This document shows positions 1-13,720 of a stretch of 64,000 nucleotides of DNA, one piece after another. The notes under the pieces are model-generated. The model was not told where the DNA came from and did not search any database. It worked only from the letters and a program-made list of their open reading frames with translations. Origin of the DNA: Octopus vulgaris. Its lineage: Eukaryota. Numbering within the stretch: the stretch's first letter is position 1; each line of letters starts with the position of its first letter. The translations under genes and the position numbers were made by a program. Location of the stretch: NCBI GenBank assembly GCA_951406725.2, contig OX597823.1:112840001-112904000 (forward strand). Direction: 5' to 3'.

Positions 1-510
1 TGATTATGTTTCAAATTCTCTCAACTACAACAACTACAACTATGCTGACCAATTTCTAATCAGATGCAATCAACGAAAAATGATGATGAAATACTTGCAA
101 CGTAATGGTTTCGCATAAATAGGAAGAGAAAAAAGAGAGATCCAAAATTACTCATTCTGCCCCACCTACGAAAGTAGTTAATTTCTAAACGTCTAGAACA
201 TTGTAGTAGTGTATGAAAACGAAGCATCTTTGCAGTAGGTGTTGTAGAGTGTTGGTAAGTATGCCTTTGTTGAAAAGTCGATAACCATCTTCTTGTGGTT
301 ATGTTATAATTTGGTTGCTGCGCGTTAGGTACTGGTGTTGCACCACACTGTTACACAGTTATGTAATAGTCGCACCGTTCCAAACAAACCAAATTTCATA
401 TCGAAACGGTTGTATTCCGAATTTAACTAACACTACACGTTTTGAACTGATGGTTGTTCTGTCAGAAAAAAACCCTAGTCTAAACAACTTGAAACTCTTC
501 AACAATTTAA

Positions 511-842
511 TCTTACTATAATGGTCGTTATATCCGTCTGTCTGTCCATCTGTCCATCTCTTTGTCTGTTTCCTCTTCACGGTCAGACGGCTGGACCAAT
601 GGTTACGATATTTTTCCGGATTACAAAGATGGTCGTCAGAAAGGTTTTTTGACTTAAAAAAAAATCAGAAGTATGATTATTTCGTGGATATCAATTTTTA
701 AATTGATAAGCCACCTTCGCATTTTTATTAAAAATTCACCGACCATGAGTAACTCTAGATTTTCATTGTATAGATCTTGGAGTCATCGTAGATACAAAGT
801 GGGCCGCGAGGAAGGTTAATAGCGAAATGTGTCAGTATATAG
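511..842 (+). mobile_element. Degenerate non-autonomous Helitron-like element
   Basis: Starts A|TCTTACTATAAT, followed by (GTCT/GTCC)n and CACGGTCAGACGGCTGGACC, which resembles invertebrate Helitron 5' ends; probable decayed 3' end ...ATAG|T at ~842. Confidence 0.45.
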
Positions 843-1658
843 TGCGTGTGAATATTTAGTGTTTATTGAAGTGTGTCAGTCTTGAGCAGGATTCGAAACG
901 GCTAATCGAAGCGGCTTCTGTTTACATCACAGCTTTGTCAATCAAAATAGCGTATGGTACCAGAACATCCAGACATTATTCGCATAGGAGAGAGAGGTAA
1001 GTTTTAAGTCTTAATTTTATTTTTTGCAACTCGAAATATTCCGCTCGCGCATTCACAGCAAACAAGGCTTTGGGCTAGACTTTAGATCATGTAGGTGTAT
1101 TTTTACCCACTCCGATGTTTACACACAGCCACTTATACGTCGCTATGAGCAGAGCAACGGACTCCAGTAATTTGAAAATTAGTGTCGACTAAACAGAAAA
1201 TATCATCTACAAAGGAGTTTTGTAATCATAGTGATATTATGGAAAGGAATATGATTCATAATTTAAATAAGGAAATTTGTGAACTTTGAATATATAAGAG
1301 AATAAACAAGCGTAAAATATTGTAAATAACTAAAATAAAAGTATATCTAAATAACAGTTTTCTTAATACATGTAGTGGTCGAAGGAAGCTCTGGCTTTTG
1401 TTAGGAGTGGTCCACATTACCATTCATGATACAGTAATCTATCAAGACCATTTACACAATTCGAAGCAACGCCTCTGCTTCACATCTCTGTGATGGGATT
1501 GGGTTAAGAGACTTGATTTATTATAAAGTGATATTAAGTAGGGAGCTTCGTGTTTCGATCGTTTAGAAATATAATTTTCTGTCAGCATTAAGATTTTCCT
1601 CACCTACAAAGACATACGTAGTGTGCGTAATTTGGCATAGATAAGAATGTATGTAAGT

Positions 1659-1840
<182 letters not shown>

Positions 1841-1904
1841 TATGTGTGCGTGTTTGCGTGTGTGCTTGTATATATATATAGCCATGATAGATCGTTAGCT
1901 ACTA

Positions 1905-2070
1905 CACACATTTTTTTCTCTCCTTGTTTTTTCTGTGTACCTTTCTGTAGAAGAGCGTAGGCTCGAAACGTAAAAGACTTTTTCTATTCCTGAGCGCTAT
2001 ACTAATACATCCGTTTCTTTGTACACCACCTGCCTTCGTCTTTTGTTTATTTTCGTAAACGTTCCCTTTA
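1905..2070 (+). mobile_element. Short repeat family carrying a hammerhead-like motif (probable Penelope-like pLTR derivative)
   Basis: Homologous to 39435-39590, 39595-39725 and (minus) 62830-62990; all copies abut (TA)n. Confidence 0.7.
1941..1976 (+). ncRNA. Minimal hammerhead-like motif, A6>U variant
   Basis: CTTT-CTGTAGA-A-GAGC gtag GCTC-GAAA-CG-TA-AAAG; stems I and II pair, but the core reads CUGUNGA instead of CUGANGA. Confidence 0.5.
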
Positions 2071-2654
2071 TATATATATACACAAGTATACATATGTTCT
2101 TGTATACACACACACACCCACTCTCATAAATATATTGAATTTTTATTCAAAGCTGTGTTTGCACGAATAGCTACTCGGAATGTCTTATTCACGTTCCTGA
2201 GTCACACGAGAAATATAAACGAGAAACTTCAAACTGTGACTCAGACAGACTCCCCTTTGTATTCATAGATTTCGTCATCACCAAGATGAGTCTCTCAGTC
2301 GCTATCTCCACTCAGCCCACACTCGTTGCCTATACTTACGTTCGAAAATCTGCACTCACATCTCACCCCACAATATCCGTCTCTCACTTTTTTACATCTG
2401 GTTGTCCTCAACAAAGTATTCCATTTACTTTGGTTGATAGTCGGTCTCCCTCTTCCATTCTTTCAATTATATATTCCTCTTCGAATTCTTTCACCAATAT
2501 ATTCCACTTCCTATATTGAGATTATTCATCTCACTCCGTTCCTATCCGACTTCATAATCTTCGTTTATGTCAATGCTCGCATCTCTATATTAATGCAGCT
2601 GGAGCCAAAAGCCGATTTTTTCTCTTTTTCGTGCGATTTAAACTTTTGGGCAAA

Positions 2655-2852
2655 CATTGTTTGAGCGTCGCACAAAATGCTCAGTGCTATTTCTTCCGGC
2701 TCTTTACGTTCCGAACTCAAAAACCATCAGGGTTAACTTTGCCTCTCATCCTTTCGGGGTCAATAAAATGAAGTACCAATCAAGTACTGGAACTGATACA
2801 ATCGACTTGCCCTTCTCTCTAAAATTGCTCGTTCTGTGCCAATATTTGAAAC
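2655..2852 (+). mobile_element. Old copy of SINE family A
   Basis: Contains TTTGCCTCTCATCCTTTCGGGGTCAATAAAATGAAGTACC, the family A body. Confidence 0.75.
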
Positions 2853-3291
2853 AAGCTAAAATTTATAGGCTTAATTAAGTATATATATTTGTTCAAATCA
2901 AATGTTATAAACACGAAGATTCTAAATCGTAACAGCTTTTAATGAGCGTAAGATTTAACGTGGAACAAAATATTCAGATTTTGCAGTAATAAATACAATG
3001 AGGGTACAAGACAATACATGCCAGTAGATATGTATGTGTCGTTGTCAGTTACTTGGTCTATAACCATATTTGAAATCTTGAGTATATATTTTAAATTTCA
3101 GAAGCGGAGAATTCCTAATATATTAGACTTATATAAGTCTGTAATTTATAACATATTTTTGTCATAGAGAAATGTGACAACTGAAACTCAGACTAAAGAT
3201 GGTTTAAAATCACAGTTTTAATTGCAGCTATTATCATTTTATCATTAAAAGATTATTATTTACTCTAGTTTATATTTTGATTATTTTCGTT

Positions 3292-4395
<1,104 letters not shown>

Positions 4396-4817
4396 AGACA
4401 GACAGTTTGTTATGGAAGCTGTCACTTCACATCTTGTTATTAGAATTTAACGTTCCTGATCAGTAGACTGGATTCGAAATGCATTATGGGTGGTCCGTTG
4501 TTCAGAATATGCAGGCAAGAGTATGGAAATTTGAAAGACAGCAGCAGATAATGAAAAAGAAAAGAGTATCAAAGAGAAAAAGTAGGGGGAAACTAAAAAA
4601 TTGTGTATTTTGTGGCAGTCATCGGCGAACGGGTGGAGGGGGAAATTCTTAGTGGTACTGACGGTTAACGAATAATTGTAGGAGTGCAAATTGCCCGGTC
4701 AAGTGTTCATATTTTCTTCAGCCATGAGCATTTCAGCAAAATTTCGATATGGCGGGTATTATGCGTGGTTCGTTTCATTCCACATACTCTGTATATATAT
4801 GGCATATGACATATAGG

Positions 4818-5049
4818 AAGGTGGCGAGCTGGCAGAAACGTTAGCGCGCCGGGCGAGATGATTAGCAGTATTTCGTCTGTTTTTACGTTCTGAGTTCAAA
4901 CTCCGCCGAGGTCGACTTTGCCTTTCATCCTTTCTGGGTCGATGAATAAACTACCAGTTTCGCACTGGGGTCGATGTAATCGACTTAATCCGTTTGTCTG
5001 TCCTTGTTTGTCCCATCTACGTTTAGCCCCTTGTGGGTAGTAAAGAAAT
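4818..5049 (+). mobile_element. SINE family A, full monomer (tRNA-derived head, Meta/MESC-like central domain)
   Basis: Head GGTGGCGAGCTGGCAGAAACGTTAG, B-box GAGTTCAAACTCC, body GACTTTGCCTTTCATCCTTTCTGGGTCGAT, tail GTGGGTAGTAAAGAAAT; many copies in the window. The domain name is from recall. Confidence 0.92.
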
Positions 5050-6804
5050 ATATATATATGGCATATGGATTATATATACAAGTGATAATTACCTCATCTT
5101 GTTGGATATTAGCCGCCTCACATTATAGAGAGATATCTCTGCCTTATTCGGCTAAAGTGACAAAAGCTTGTACAACATTTTTGATTCTCTATCGGTCTTA
5201 GGTTTCAGTGGCAAGAATTGCAAAACGGCTGCTACTGTTTTGATGGCAAGTTTTACGCCAGAAATTCCAGCATGCACTTTCTGTAATTCATCGTTTTACA
5301 CGAAGGACTCTTTATTATTTTTTGCATCTCACAACGATTTCTTCCTCTAATTTCTCCATAATAATTGAATTCATATTTTTTGCTGAGTTGATCATTAGTA
5401 GTCGTCATACAATTTTATTTCAAACCAGCATAGCTATGATTAATTCTATATCTTGTAACGAGGAACATCTGATTACAGAAGAAAGAGATTCTCAAAACAT
5501 CTTCTGAAAGATGTATACAATACCTATTTTAAGAATGTAACATTAAAATAATTAACGGAATTTCTGAAATTCCTTCAGATATCAGTGATAAGATGTCTTT
5601 GTTTTGGAAGACTTTACATGGTGCTTAGAACAACATGAAATAATAGCTAAATCTACTTCAAATCATAACTTACTGTCTTACAAATAATACTTTGGGTAGT
5701 GCAGGCCAGGGTGCAAGAAGATTTGAAAAATAAAGGCAAAAAGCTTATGAATATAGAACCTTTCGTTAATGGTCTGCTAATAAAAGAAGAAAATGGGGCT
5801 AAGTAGCTATAATACAATTGGAAGAACACAACATATTGCTTTAGTCGCTACATTTATATAATGATTTCATTAAACTCTTTCGAGAAAAAGTTTCCAAATT
5901 TTACAAATCCTTGTTATTCTAATAATTATTTTTGCCTCCCAAAAGCAACTTTGACAAATAATGGAACGAAAATATATAAAATGGTCTACAATCTTCTGTC
6001 AGCACTGTACAAGATAAATACTCTTATACGTTGCTGCTGGGGAAAATGTGTATTATATATTTGTCATTGCGATTCTTGCCGTTAACCTGAATATAGTGTA
6101 TGATTTTAGTGACGTGTTCTAAAACACTTTTATATAAGTTTCTGAATACGTCGTAATGACTGATTAATCGGGGTATAAGAGATTCCTAATGCTAGCCATA
6201 AACACATTATGTTGAACCGATCATCGACGTAATTCATACGTTTATAATATTTTGCACTTTATGTAGTTATTGATAACAGATTCTTCGGTTGCACATAAGC
6301 ATTAAATCGGCGAAAATAATGGAGCAGTTATATCTTCCCAATGGACTCAGCTGCCAAAGAGAAAGGCAGCGATCTCTTGAAACGAAATGGCCATTTTATA
6401 CCGTATTCCATCTGTGGAAATCTAGTAGAGAAATCAAGGCGGGCAATGCATATTCTCTAATATGTTCCCAAATTATTCTATATGGATTAAATCAAAGGTA
6501 TTTTTCATGTCAGTAACTTCATAGGCCGTCAGAAGATGCTGCTCAATATATTTTCCTTTGGCTTTCGAGAATGATCAGTTATATAATTTGCGCCTGTGGA
6601 GTTTAAAAAAAAAACGATATCGCTACAAATTCAGTGTTTGAACAAGTAGAACTCACACAGAGATCATCCCTGGTATTTCACGGTCGTTCTTCGGTATAAC
6701 CTAAACAGTGACGGCTAAAACAAATTAAAGCACTAATAATAAAGAAAACACGAGAAAGTACGTTGATATATTTTAGTCAATTAAAAATACAGCATTTAAT
6801 AATG

Positions 6805-7017
6805 ACTTCAAATTTTGTCACAAAGCCAGGAATTTTGGGAGATGGTGCTAGTCGATTACATCGATCGCAGTGTTTAACTGGTACTTAATTTATCGGCCCC
6901 CGAAAGGATGAAAAGCAAAGTCGACCTCGGTGGAATTTGAACCCAGAACATAGCGACGGGCGAAATACCGCTAAGCATTCTGTCCAGTGTGCTAACGATT
7001 CTGCCAGTTCACTACCT
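6805..7017 (-). mobile_element. SINE family A
   Basis: Reverse complement of the family A head and body (CGAAAGGATGAAAAGCAAAGTCGACCTCGG). Confidence 0.9.
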
Positions 7018-7187
7018 TATAAAAATACAGAGAATAATGAGAACAGTTATCTTCTGAATGATTAATTTTGTTTCACAAAAAAAAAAGAAGAGGCATGGGG
7101 AGACAACCTACTGAAGGAAGTGAATTTGATTGTTAGGAATAATGATACCAACCACGAAATGTATTTCGGTCTTAAACATTCTTAGTG

Positions 7188-7371
7188 ATTATTTACATTA
7201 TTTACATTCGACGGATATTTGTCTTCATCTTGTTTGTTGTTAACACACAGGTGTCTTGGGGAAATTTTTAGAACCTGGGCTCTCATTCCTAAGGTATTTT
7301 TAGATTGCGTAGTGGTTAAGAGCGCCGGCTACTAAATCCAAGATTCCGAGTTCGATTCCAGGAATAATAAT

Positions 7372-7418
<47 letters not shown>

Positions 7419-7615
7419 TAATAATAATAATATCGAGAAATACCTTTGGAATGAGAACCCATGTTCGAAATTTCCCCAAGATATCTGATGAAGGCTGGAG
7501 GGTATATCAGCCAAATCGTTGTGTTAACAACGAACAAGATGAGGACAAATATCCGTCAAATGTAAATAATGTAAATAATGTACATAATTCCTCATGTCTT
7601 AAATATGGAACTGTA
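7188..7615. mobile_element. Inverted pair of a hammerhead-bearing repeat (arms 7188-7301 and 7437-7580) around a tRNA-like head and (AAT)n
   Basis: The left arm is the reverse complement of the right arm apart from a 32-nt deletion; A/B-box-like head at 7307-7362. Confidence 0.8.
7481..7524 (+). ncRNA. Decayed minimal hammerhead motif
   Basis: ATAT-CTGATGA-A-GGCTG..CAGCC-AAAT (expected GAAA)-CG-TT-GTGT; the inverted copy shows ancestral stem I ACAC. Confidence 0.55.
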
Positions 7616-8893
7616 TTCTTAGTTATGTCCAATTATTATTGCAGATCTTAGAATGACAGTTGTGCTCATTTGCTGCTTACATTAGTGGTCTACATAGTCA
7701 CGAAGTAATAAAGTTCATAAACAACATTAATAGTAAGTGGTTGTCATGGGCGGAGCATCTTTGATCAAAAATCACTTTAGTCAAACTGGACCTGAGGTTA
7801 AGCTTCATCCCCGCACCACAGCTCTGCGTACTGGTATTAACATACATTCTTCTCACATTACTAGTACAACCACCGCTCTTACCATCAGCACCACCACCAC
7901 CACCACCCGAAACAGCAGCAGCAGCAGCAGCCGTTCAAGAATTTGGACCTGGAGATCTCCATTTCCAGCGACTTCGAGGGCCACCTCCCAGTGGTGTTGG
8001 GCGTCAACGAAGAGACCTCGACGACAACAAGACGACCAAAGTTTTATTTTTCCCAAGGTCTGGGATCTCCTGTCCCTAAAGCCCTAGACCATCACCTAAT
8101 CACCCTTACCCGTCTTGTTGCTTAATAACAACAACAACAACAACAACAGCAACAAACCAATAGAAACAGTACTACTGCTTCTAAAACCCCACTCTAAAAC
8201 AACTGTTACAACAGTAAAAGAAGAAAGACCTTCCCCGCTAAAAACAACAGCAAGGGCACCATGAACACCATCACAGCAACATCGACAGCAAAAGTAGCAA
8301 AAGTAGTATACACCACACCACAGTCTTCCTCAATTTCTGCCAACATCCACATCACCACACCACCATCACCACAACCACCACCACCACCACCACTGACGCC
8401 GCCGCCACCATCACCGCTATTTCTCCCACCACCACCACTACTACCACCGTTACCAGTGAAGGATTAGTGATCAAATACGTCCAGATATCCATGAAAATCT
8501 TAAGATACTTAAAATAAAAAGGAACGAACCTTTTAGGACCAGAAGGAAGAAAAAAAAAAAGGAAATGAAAGAAAAGAAGCGATGAATATGAAGTACCAGG
8601 GACTTACTTTTCGTTTACAGCACCAGCAGATCAAACCATGAAGCCGTTTAACAAATAATGAGCATCTTTCGAGTGATAGATCTTTGAAGGAACACAAAGG
8701 AATTTCGAAAATAATTGGTGGATTGACATGGCGTCAAGGTTTAAGCAATAGCAAATATGAAAGATTCCAGGGCAAATTGTGATCAATTTAGAAGCCTCTT
8801 CATGCTAGTAATTCAAACAATATTACGTTTATATAATCAGGTATACGAACAAATTCTATACATATTGGTGTATATCACTATAGCTTTTTCTTT

Positions 8894-9805
8894 CTATGTA
8901 TGTATGTATGTATGTATGTATGTATGTATGTATGTATGTATGTATGTATGTATGTATGTATGTATGTATGTATGTATGTATGCAAGCATTTATGTATGTA
9001 TGTATTTATGTATGTACGTATGTATGTATGTATGTATGTATGTATGTGTGTGTGTATGTATGTTTGTATGTATGTATATATGTATGAATGTATGTAAGAA
9101 TGTATGTATATATGTATGTATGTATGTATGTAAGTATGTATGTATGTACGTATGTATGTAAGTATGTGTGTATGTATGTATGTATGTAAGTATGTATGTA
9201 TGTATGTATGTATGTATGTCGGTATGTATGTATATATGTATATATGTATTATGTATGTATATATGTATTATGTATGTATGTATGTATGTAATATGTATGT
9301 ATGTATATATGTATGTAAGTATGTATGTATGTATCTATCTACCCATCTGTCTGTCTGTCTGTCTGTCTCTCTGTCTGTCTAACTGTCTGTCTGTCCTCTG
9401 TCTTCTGTCTGCCTGTCTGTCTATCTATGTTTGTACGTGCGCGCGGACATACACATACATATATTTCTATAATAAAATATAATATATCATATAATGTACT
9501 ATATAATAAATCGTTATTTACAATGTGAACAACGAGATCTAAAATGATGCCTTGCATATTCTTCAGAAACAACGACTTATTGACGGTAGGCAAATAGCAC
9601 TGATCAGCGAACAGCTTGTTCGCTGAAATTATAAACAAACCTGTAGTTCAGGACGAATGCATCCGGATATCACATTTGTTTGTAAGGATGTATGTATGTA
9701 TGTATGTATGTATGTATGTATGTATGTATGTATGTATGTATGTATGTATGTATGTGTGTGTGTGTGTATGTGTAGATGTGCGTACGTGCGTGTGTGTGTG
9801 TGTGT
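8894..9805. repeat. (TATG)n/(TCTG)n/(GT)n microsatellite arrays
   Basis: Direct reading; source of the MYVC ORFs. Confidence 0.95.
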
Positions 9806-10285
9806 TTATATATCTATCTATATAATAATATTCACCTGAATGTATACATTTTGTGCCTATACGAGACTGATATTGCTGGAATAAAAAGGCAAGAACACTT
9901 ACACACACAGACACACACACACACAGACACACACACACATAATACACACACACACAGACACACACACACACACACACTGTATGTATGAAAATACATATGT
10001 ATGTGTTGCTCCAGTTTTAAAACTATTAAAAGGCAGTTGAACAACTGCAGGTGTTTTAAATGACAATCTATTACCGTATATGTTACCATTATGAAAGCGT
10101 GTGAAAAAGAGTTTTGCGATCAGACACCATTTTCCTTGGAGTTTCTCACATTTATACCAAAATCTGGAACAAATCTATCGAGAATCTTACACATTTATAT
10201 GATGATACATAGTTTCCACCGGAGTTTCAAAGACTAGAAATATAATACAAAGATGTGAGAATACGTAATTTCTCTGATATTACAC

Positions 10286-10677
10286 CTTTACTTGTTTCAG
10301 TCATTTGACTGTGGCCATGTGGGAGCACCACCTTTAGTCGAGCAAATCGACCCCAGGACTTGTTCTTTGTAAGCCCAGTACTTATTCTATCGGTCTCTTT
10401 TGCCGAACCGCTAAGATACGAGACGGAAACACACCAGCATCGGTTGTCAAGCGATGTTGGGGGGACAAACACAGACACACAAACTTATACACACCACACA
10501 TATATATATACATATATACGACGGGCTTCTTTCAGTTTCCGTCTACGAAATCCACTCACAAAGCTTTGGTCGGCTCGAGGCTATAGTAGAAGACCCTTGC
10601 CCAAGGTGCCACGCAGTGGGACTGAACCCAAAACCATGTGGTTCGTAAGCAAGCTTCTTACCACACAGCCACTGCAT
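10286..10677 (-). mobile_element. SINE family B (tRNA head, CORE-like CCTTGGGCAAG domain, internal microsatellite)
   Basis: Reverse complement of GTGGCTGTGTGGTAAG...GGTTCAGTCCCACTGCGTGGCACCTTGGGCAAG...CAGTCAAATGACTGAAACAAGTAAA. Confidence 0.92.
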
Positions 10678-11208
10678 CTTTTCTCGTTGAAAGGTAAGGA
10701 CAGTACACTCTGAGTAACGCATCAATGAGCAATAGTTGAAAAGTCTAACCTGTCCAGAACAAGGGATTTTCCACAACATGAACATCCCTGCCTGGTGTAA
10801 AACTTATATACTATCTGTATACTTAGCGACTAAGCTTTCAAACATGTTGTCAAGTGTCTGTGAAGGATAAAGAGACAGGATTCCAAAATCTCATGGAGAC
10901 TACCTTCCTTTCATACCGAAGCAATAAAATAATGCAGCTTTCTCTTGGTTGTAGAGCCGAACCGTTGGTGAAAATACTCTTGTCTAGGATATGTACTGTG
11001 TCTCCTAGAATGAGAACTGTGGGCTTTAAATTCAATGTTTAATTATGAGGTGACAACAAATGTGTGTTAACTAAACACGTCCATGTAAAAACTAACAATT
11101 TAACCTTAAGTATGCATACTCAGTCGCTCTGTCTGTCTATCTGTCTGTCCGTCCCTCTGTCTTTGGTTAATAAAACATAAACACACATATAAATGTATGT
11201 ATGCACGC

Positions 11209-11247
<39 letters not shown>

Positions 11248-11358
11248 CATACATACATACATATATGCAGGCATTACATATATACATATATGAATATATA
11301 CATATACATACATATATGTATATATATATGCATATACATATACATGTACATACATTCA

Positions 11359-11414
<56 letters not shown>

Positions 11415-11442
11415 TCTAAATTATATGTTAATTGTTAAGGCA

Positions 11443-11512
11443 CAGTTACTGATGAGGATTCGCCTAGCAATTATTTTATTTGCTAAAATAATCTGAAACC
11501 TGGGTATGACCG
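11443..11512 (+). ncRNA. Type I hammerhead ribozyme motif, complete core
   Basis: GTTA-CTGATGA-GGATT..(TAGCAA/TTGCTA)..AATCT-GAAA-CCTGGG-TA-TGAC; predicted cleavage after GUA (11506). Confidence 0.75.
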
Positions 11513-11678
11513 TAAAAATATAACAAGGTCAAAGTTTATATTTTTCATTCCCTTCGAAAATTGCTCTTAAAATGTGATTTTGGTCGTTTTGACTGCTTCT
11601 TCTAGCGTGTAAAAATTACTTATTAAAGGCAGTTTTCTCTTCTATTTAAATGTACATTATTTAATATTGAGAATGTGT

Positions 11679-11765
<87 letters not shown>

Positions 11766-11898
11766 TACTTTTTATTATTTATTATTTAGTAATGCGGCTT
11801 TGGAACACAGTGATAATGGTTAAGTCACCGTTTTCGCCCCTGCGTTGACTATTGCAGTTTTCGTTCGTCTTGCTTACTTGTCACTTATTTATTATATC

Positions 11899-12287
11899 GG
11901 AGGCGCAATGGCCCAGTGGTTAGGGCAGCGGACTCGCGGTCATAGAATCGCGGTTTCGATTCCCAGACCGGGCGTTGTGAGTGTTTATTGAGCGAAAACA
12001 CCTAAAGCTCCACGAGGCTCCGGCAGGGGATGGTGGTGATCCCTGCTGTACTCTTTCACCACAACTTTCTCTCACTCTTTCTTCCTATTTCTGTTGTACC
12101 TGTATTTCAAAGGGCCGGCCTTGTCACTCTCTGTGTCACGCTGAATATCCCCGAGAACTACGTTAAGGGTACACGTGTCTGTGGAGTGCTCAGCCACTTA
12201 CACGTTAATTTCACTAGCAGGCTGTTCCGTTGATTCGGATCAACCGGAACCCTCGTCGTCGTAACCGACGGAGTGCTTCTCTCTCTC
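11899..12287 (+). mobile_element. SINE family C (tRNA-derived), full length with 10-bp TSD
   Basis: A-box TGGCCCAGTGG, B-box GGTTTCGATTCC; TSD TTATTATATC at 11889-11898 and 12288-12297; near-identical to 49287-49675. Confidence 0.95.
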
Positions 12288-12853
12288 TTATTATATCACT
12301 CACACGGCCACCGCTATTACCAACAACGCAGCTTCCACAACGATCACTGCCATGAAAATCATCATTATCGTCACTCCCACTACTGCCGCTATTCTACAAC
12401 TTAAGACGTTCAGTTTTCAATAGAAATATATTTTCGTTGCTTCTCTCATCTCATCTAATTGTAGGTCACGTGTCAATTATTCCACCTAAAGAATTAATCA
12501 TAAGTTCTCATAACGCTAACACTAAATACCATCGATTTCTACATTTTATATTTATTTAAATATTTGGTGGAATGGTAATCAATGAACTGAATACAAATCC
12601 CCCATGGTACAATTTCTTTTAATGCAATTATGTTTCTCTACTGAGAATAAATATTTTTTGAAATATCATATGCGCAATTTTTCTTTACCACCTCACTGTT
12701 AATAAATAATGGTCTTTCGTCTGTTTCAACGACGAGTTTTTCAATTGTTCCATCAACAGAACAGCCTAGTGAATGAAGTAACGTGTAAATGGCTGATCAT
12801 TCCACGGACACGTACAATTTTAACAGTTCTCTGGGAGTATTAGCGTAGCAACA

Positions 12854-12930
<77 letters not shown>

Positions 12931-13052
12931 CTCTATCTCTCTCTCTCTATCGCTCTCTCTATGCATATATATATATGCATACACACACACACACGTACAC
13001 TCACGCACACACGCACATGCATACACGCATGCATATGCTACATTAAAAAATT

Positions 13053-13166
13053 TTCCGGGTTCAGTCCCACTGCGTGGCACTTTGAGCAAGTATCTTCTAC
13101 CATAGCCTCTGGCCGACCAAGGCCTTGTGAGTGGATTTGGTAGACGGAGGCTAAAAGAGGCCCGTC

Positions 13167-13234
<68 letters not shown>

Positions 13235-13458
13235 ATATGTTTGTGTGTCTGTGTTTGGGCCCCCCCCCAACATCGCTTGACAACCAATGCTAGTGTATTT
13301 ACGTCCCCGTAACTTAGCGGTTCGGTAAAAGAGACTGATAGAATAAGTACTAGGCTTACAAAGAGTAAATCCTGGGGTCGATTTGCTCGACTAAAGGAGG
13401 TGCTCCAGCATGGTCGTAGTCAAATGACTGAAACAAGTAAAAGAGTAAAAGAGTAAAG
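13053..13458 (+). mobile_element. SINE family B, 5'-truncated
   Basis: Starts at the B-box (TTCCGGGTTCAGTCCC), internal (TA)n, tail (GTAAAAGA)n. Confidence 0.92.
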
Positions 13459-13509
13459 TACAGCCCTCTTCCGAATTATTTTAGATGCCTATGTAGTCGC
13501 GAGTAGACT

Positions 13510-13720
13510 CGGTCATGCTTCGATCACCTCAACAGTCAATGATGTGACTGTTGGAGAGAGAAACAAGTGCAGAAATTGCTACTTATAGAAGAGCGGACTG
13601 AAGTAACGACAAAGTGCCTTGGTCAAGGACACAGCGCCCCGTCTGGTCGAGGAATCGTACTCATAGTCACATGGTCATGAGTCGGATATCATAACCAATA
13701 GGTGACGCGTCTTCACACAG
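13510..13720 (-). mobile_element. Old tRNA-derived SINE remnant
   Basis: AAGTGCCTTGGTCAAGGACACAGCGC resembles the minus-strand head domain at 29552-29580. Confidence 0.55.

Noticed and set aside
7930-8125. Peptides DLEISISSDFEGHL and KALDHHL faintly like a CR1-type RT C-terminus
   Set aside because: Too short and degenerate to call without a search.
9596-9636. CTGATCA-GCGAACA/TGTTCGC-TGAAA-TTATAA hammerhead look-alike
   Set aside because: G8 is absent and there is no UH or stem I partner; it is just a 9-bp hairpin.
10850-11035. SIFTNGSA resembling an RNase H IFTDGS motif
   Set aside because: Single short motif with no other RNase H residues recognisable.
11899-11975. tRNA-like sequences at SINE heads (also 49287, 37731, 7307)
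   Set aside because: No proper cloverleaf acceptor stem; they continue into SINE bodies, so they are not tRNA genes.
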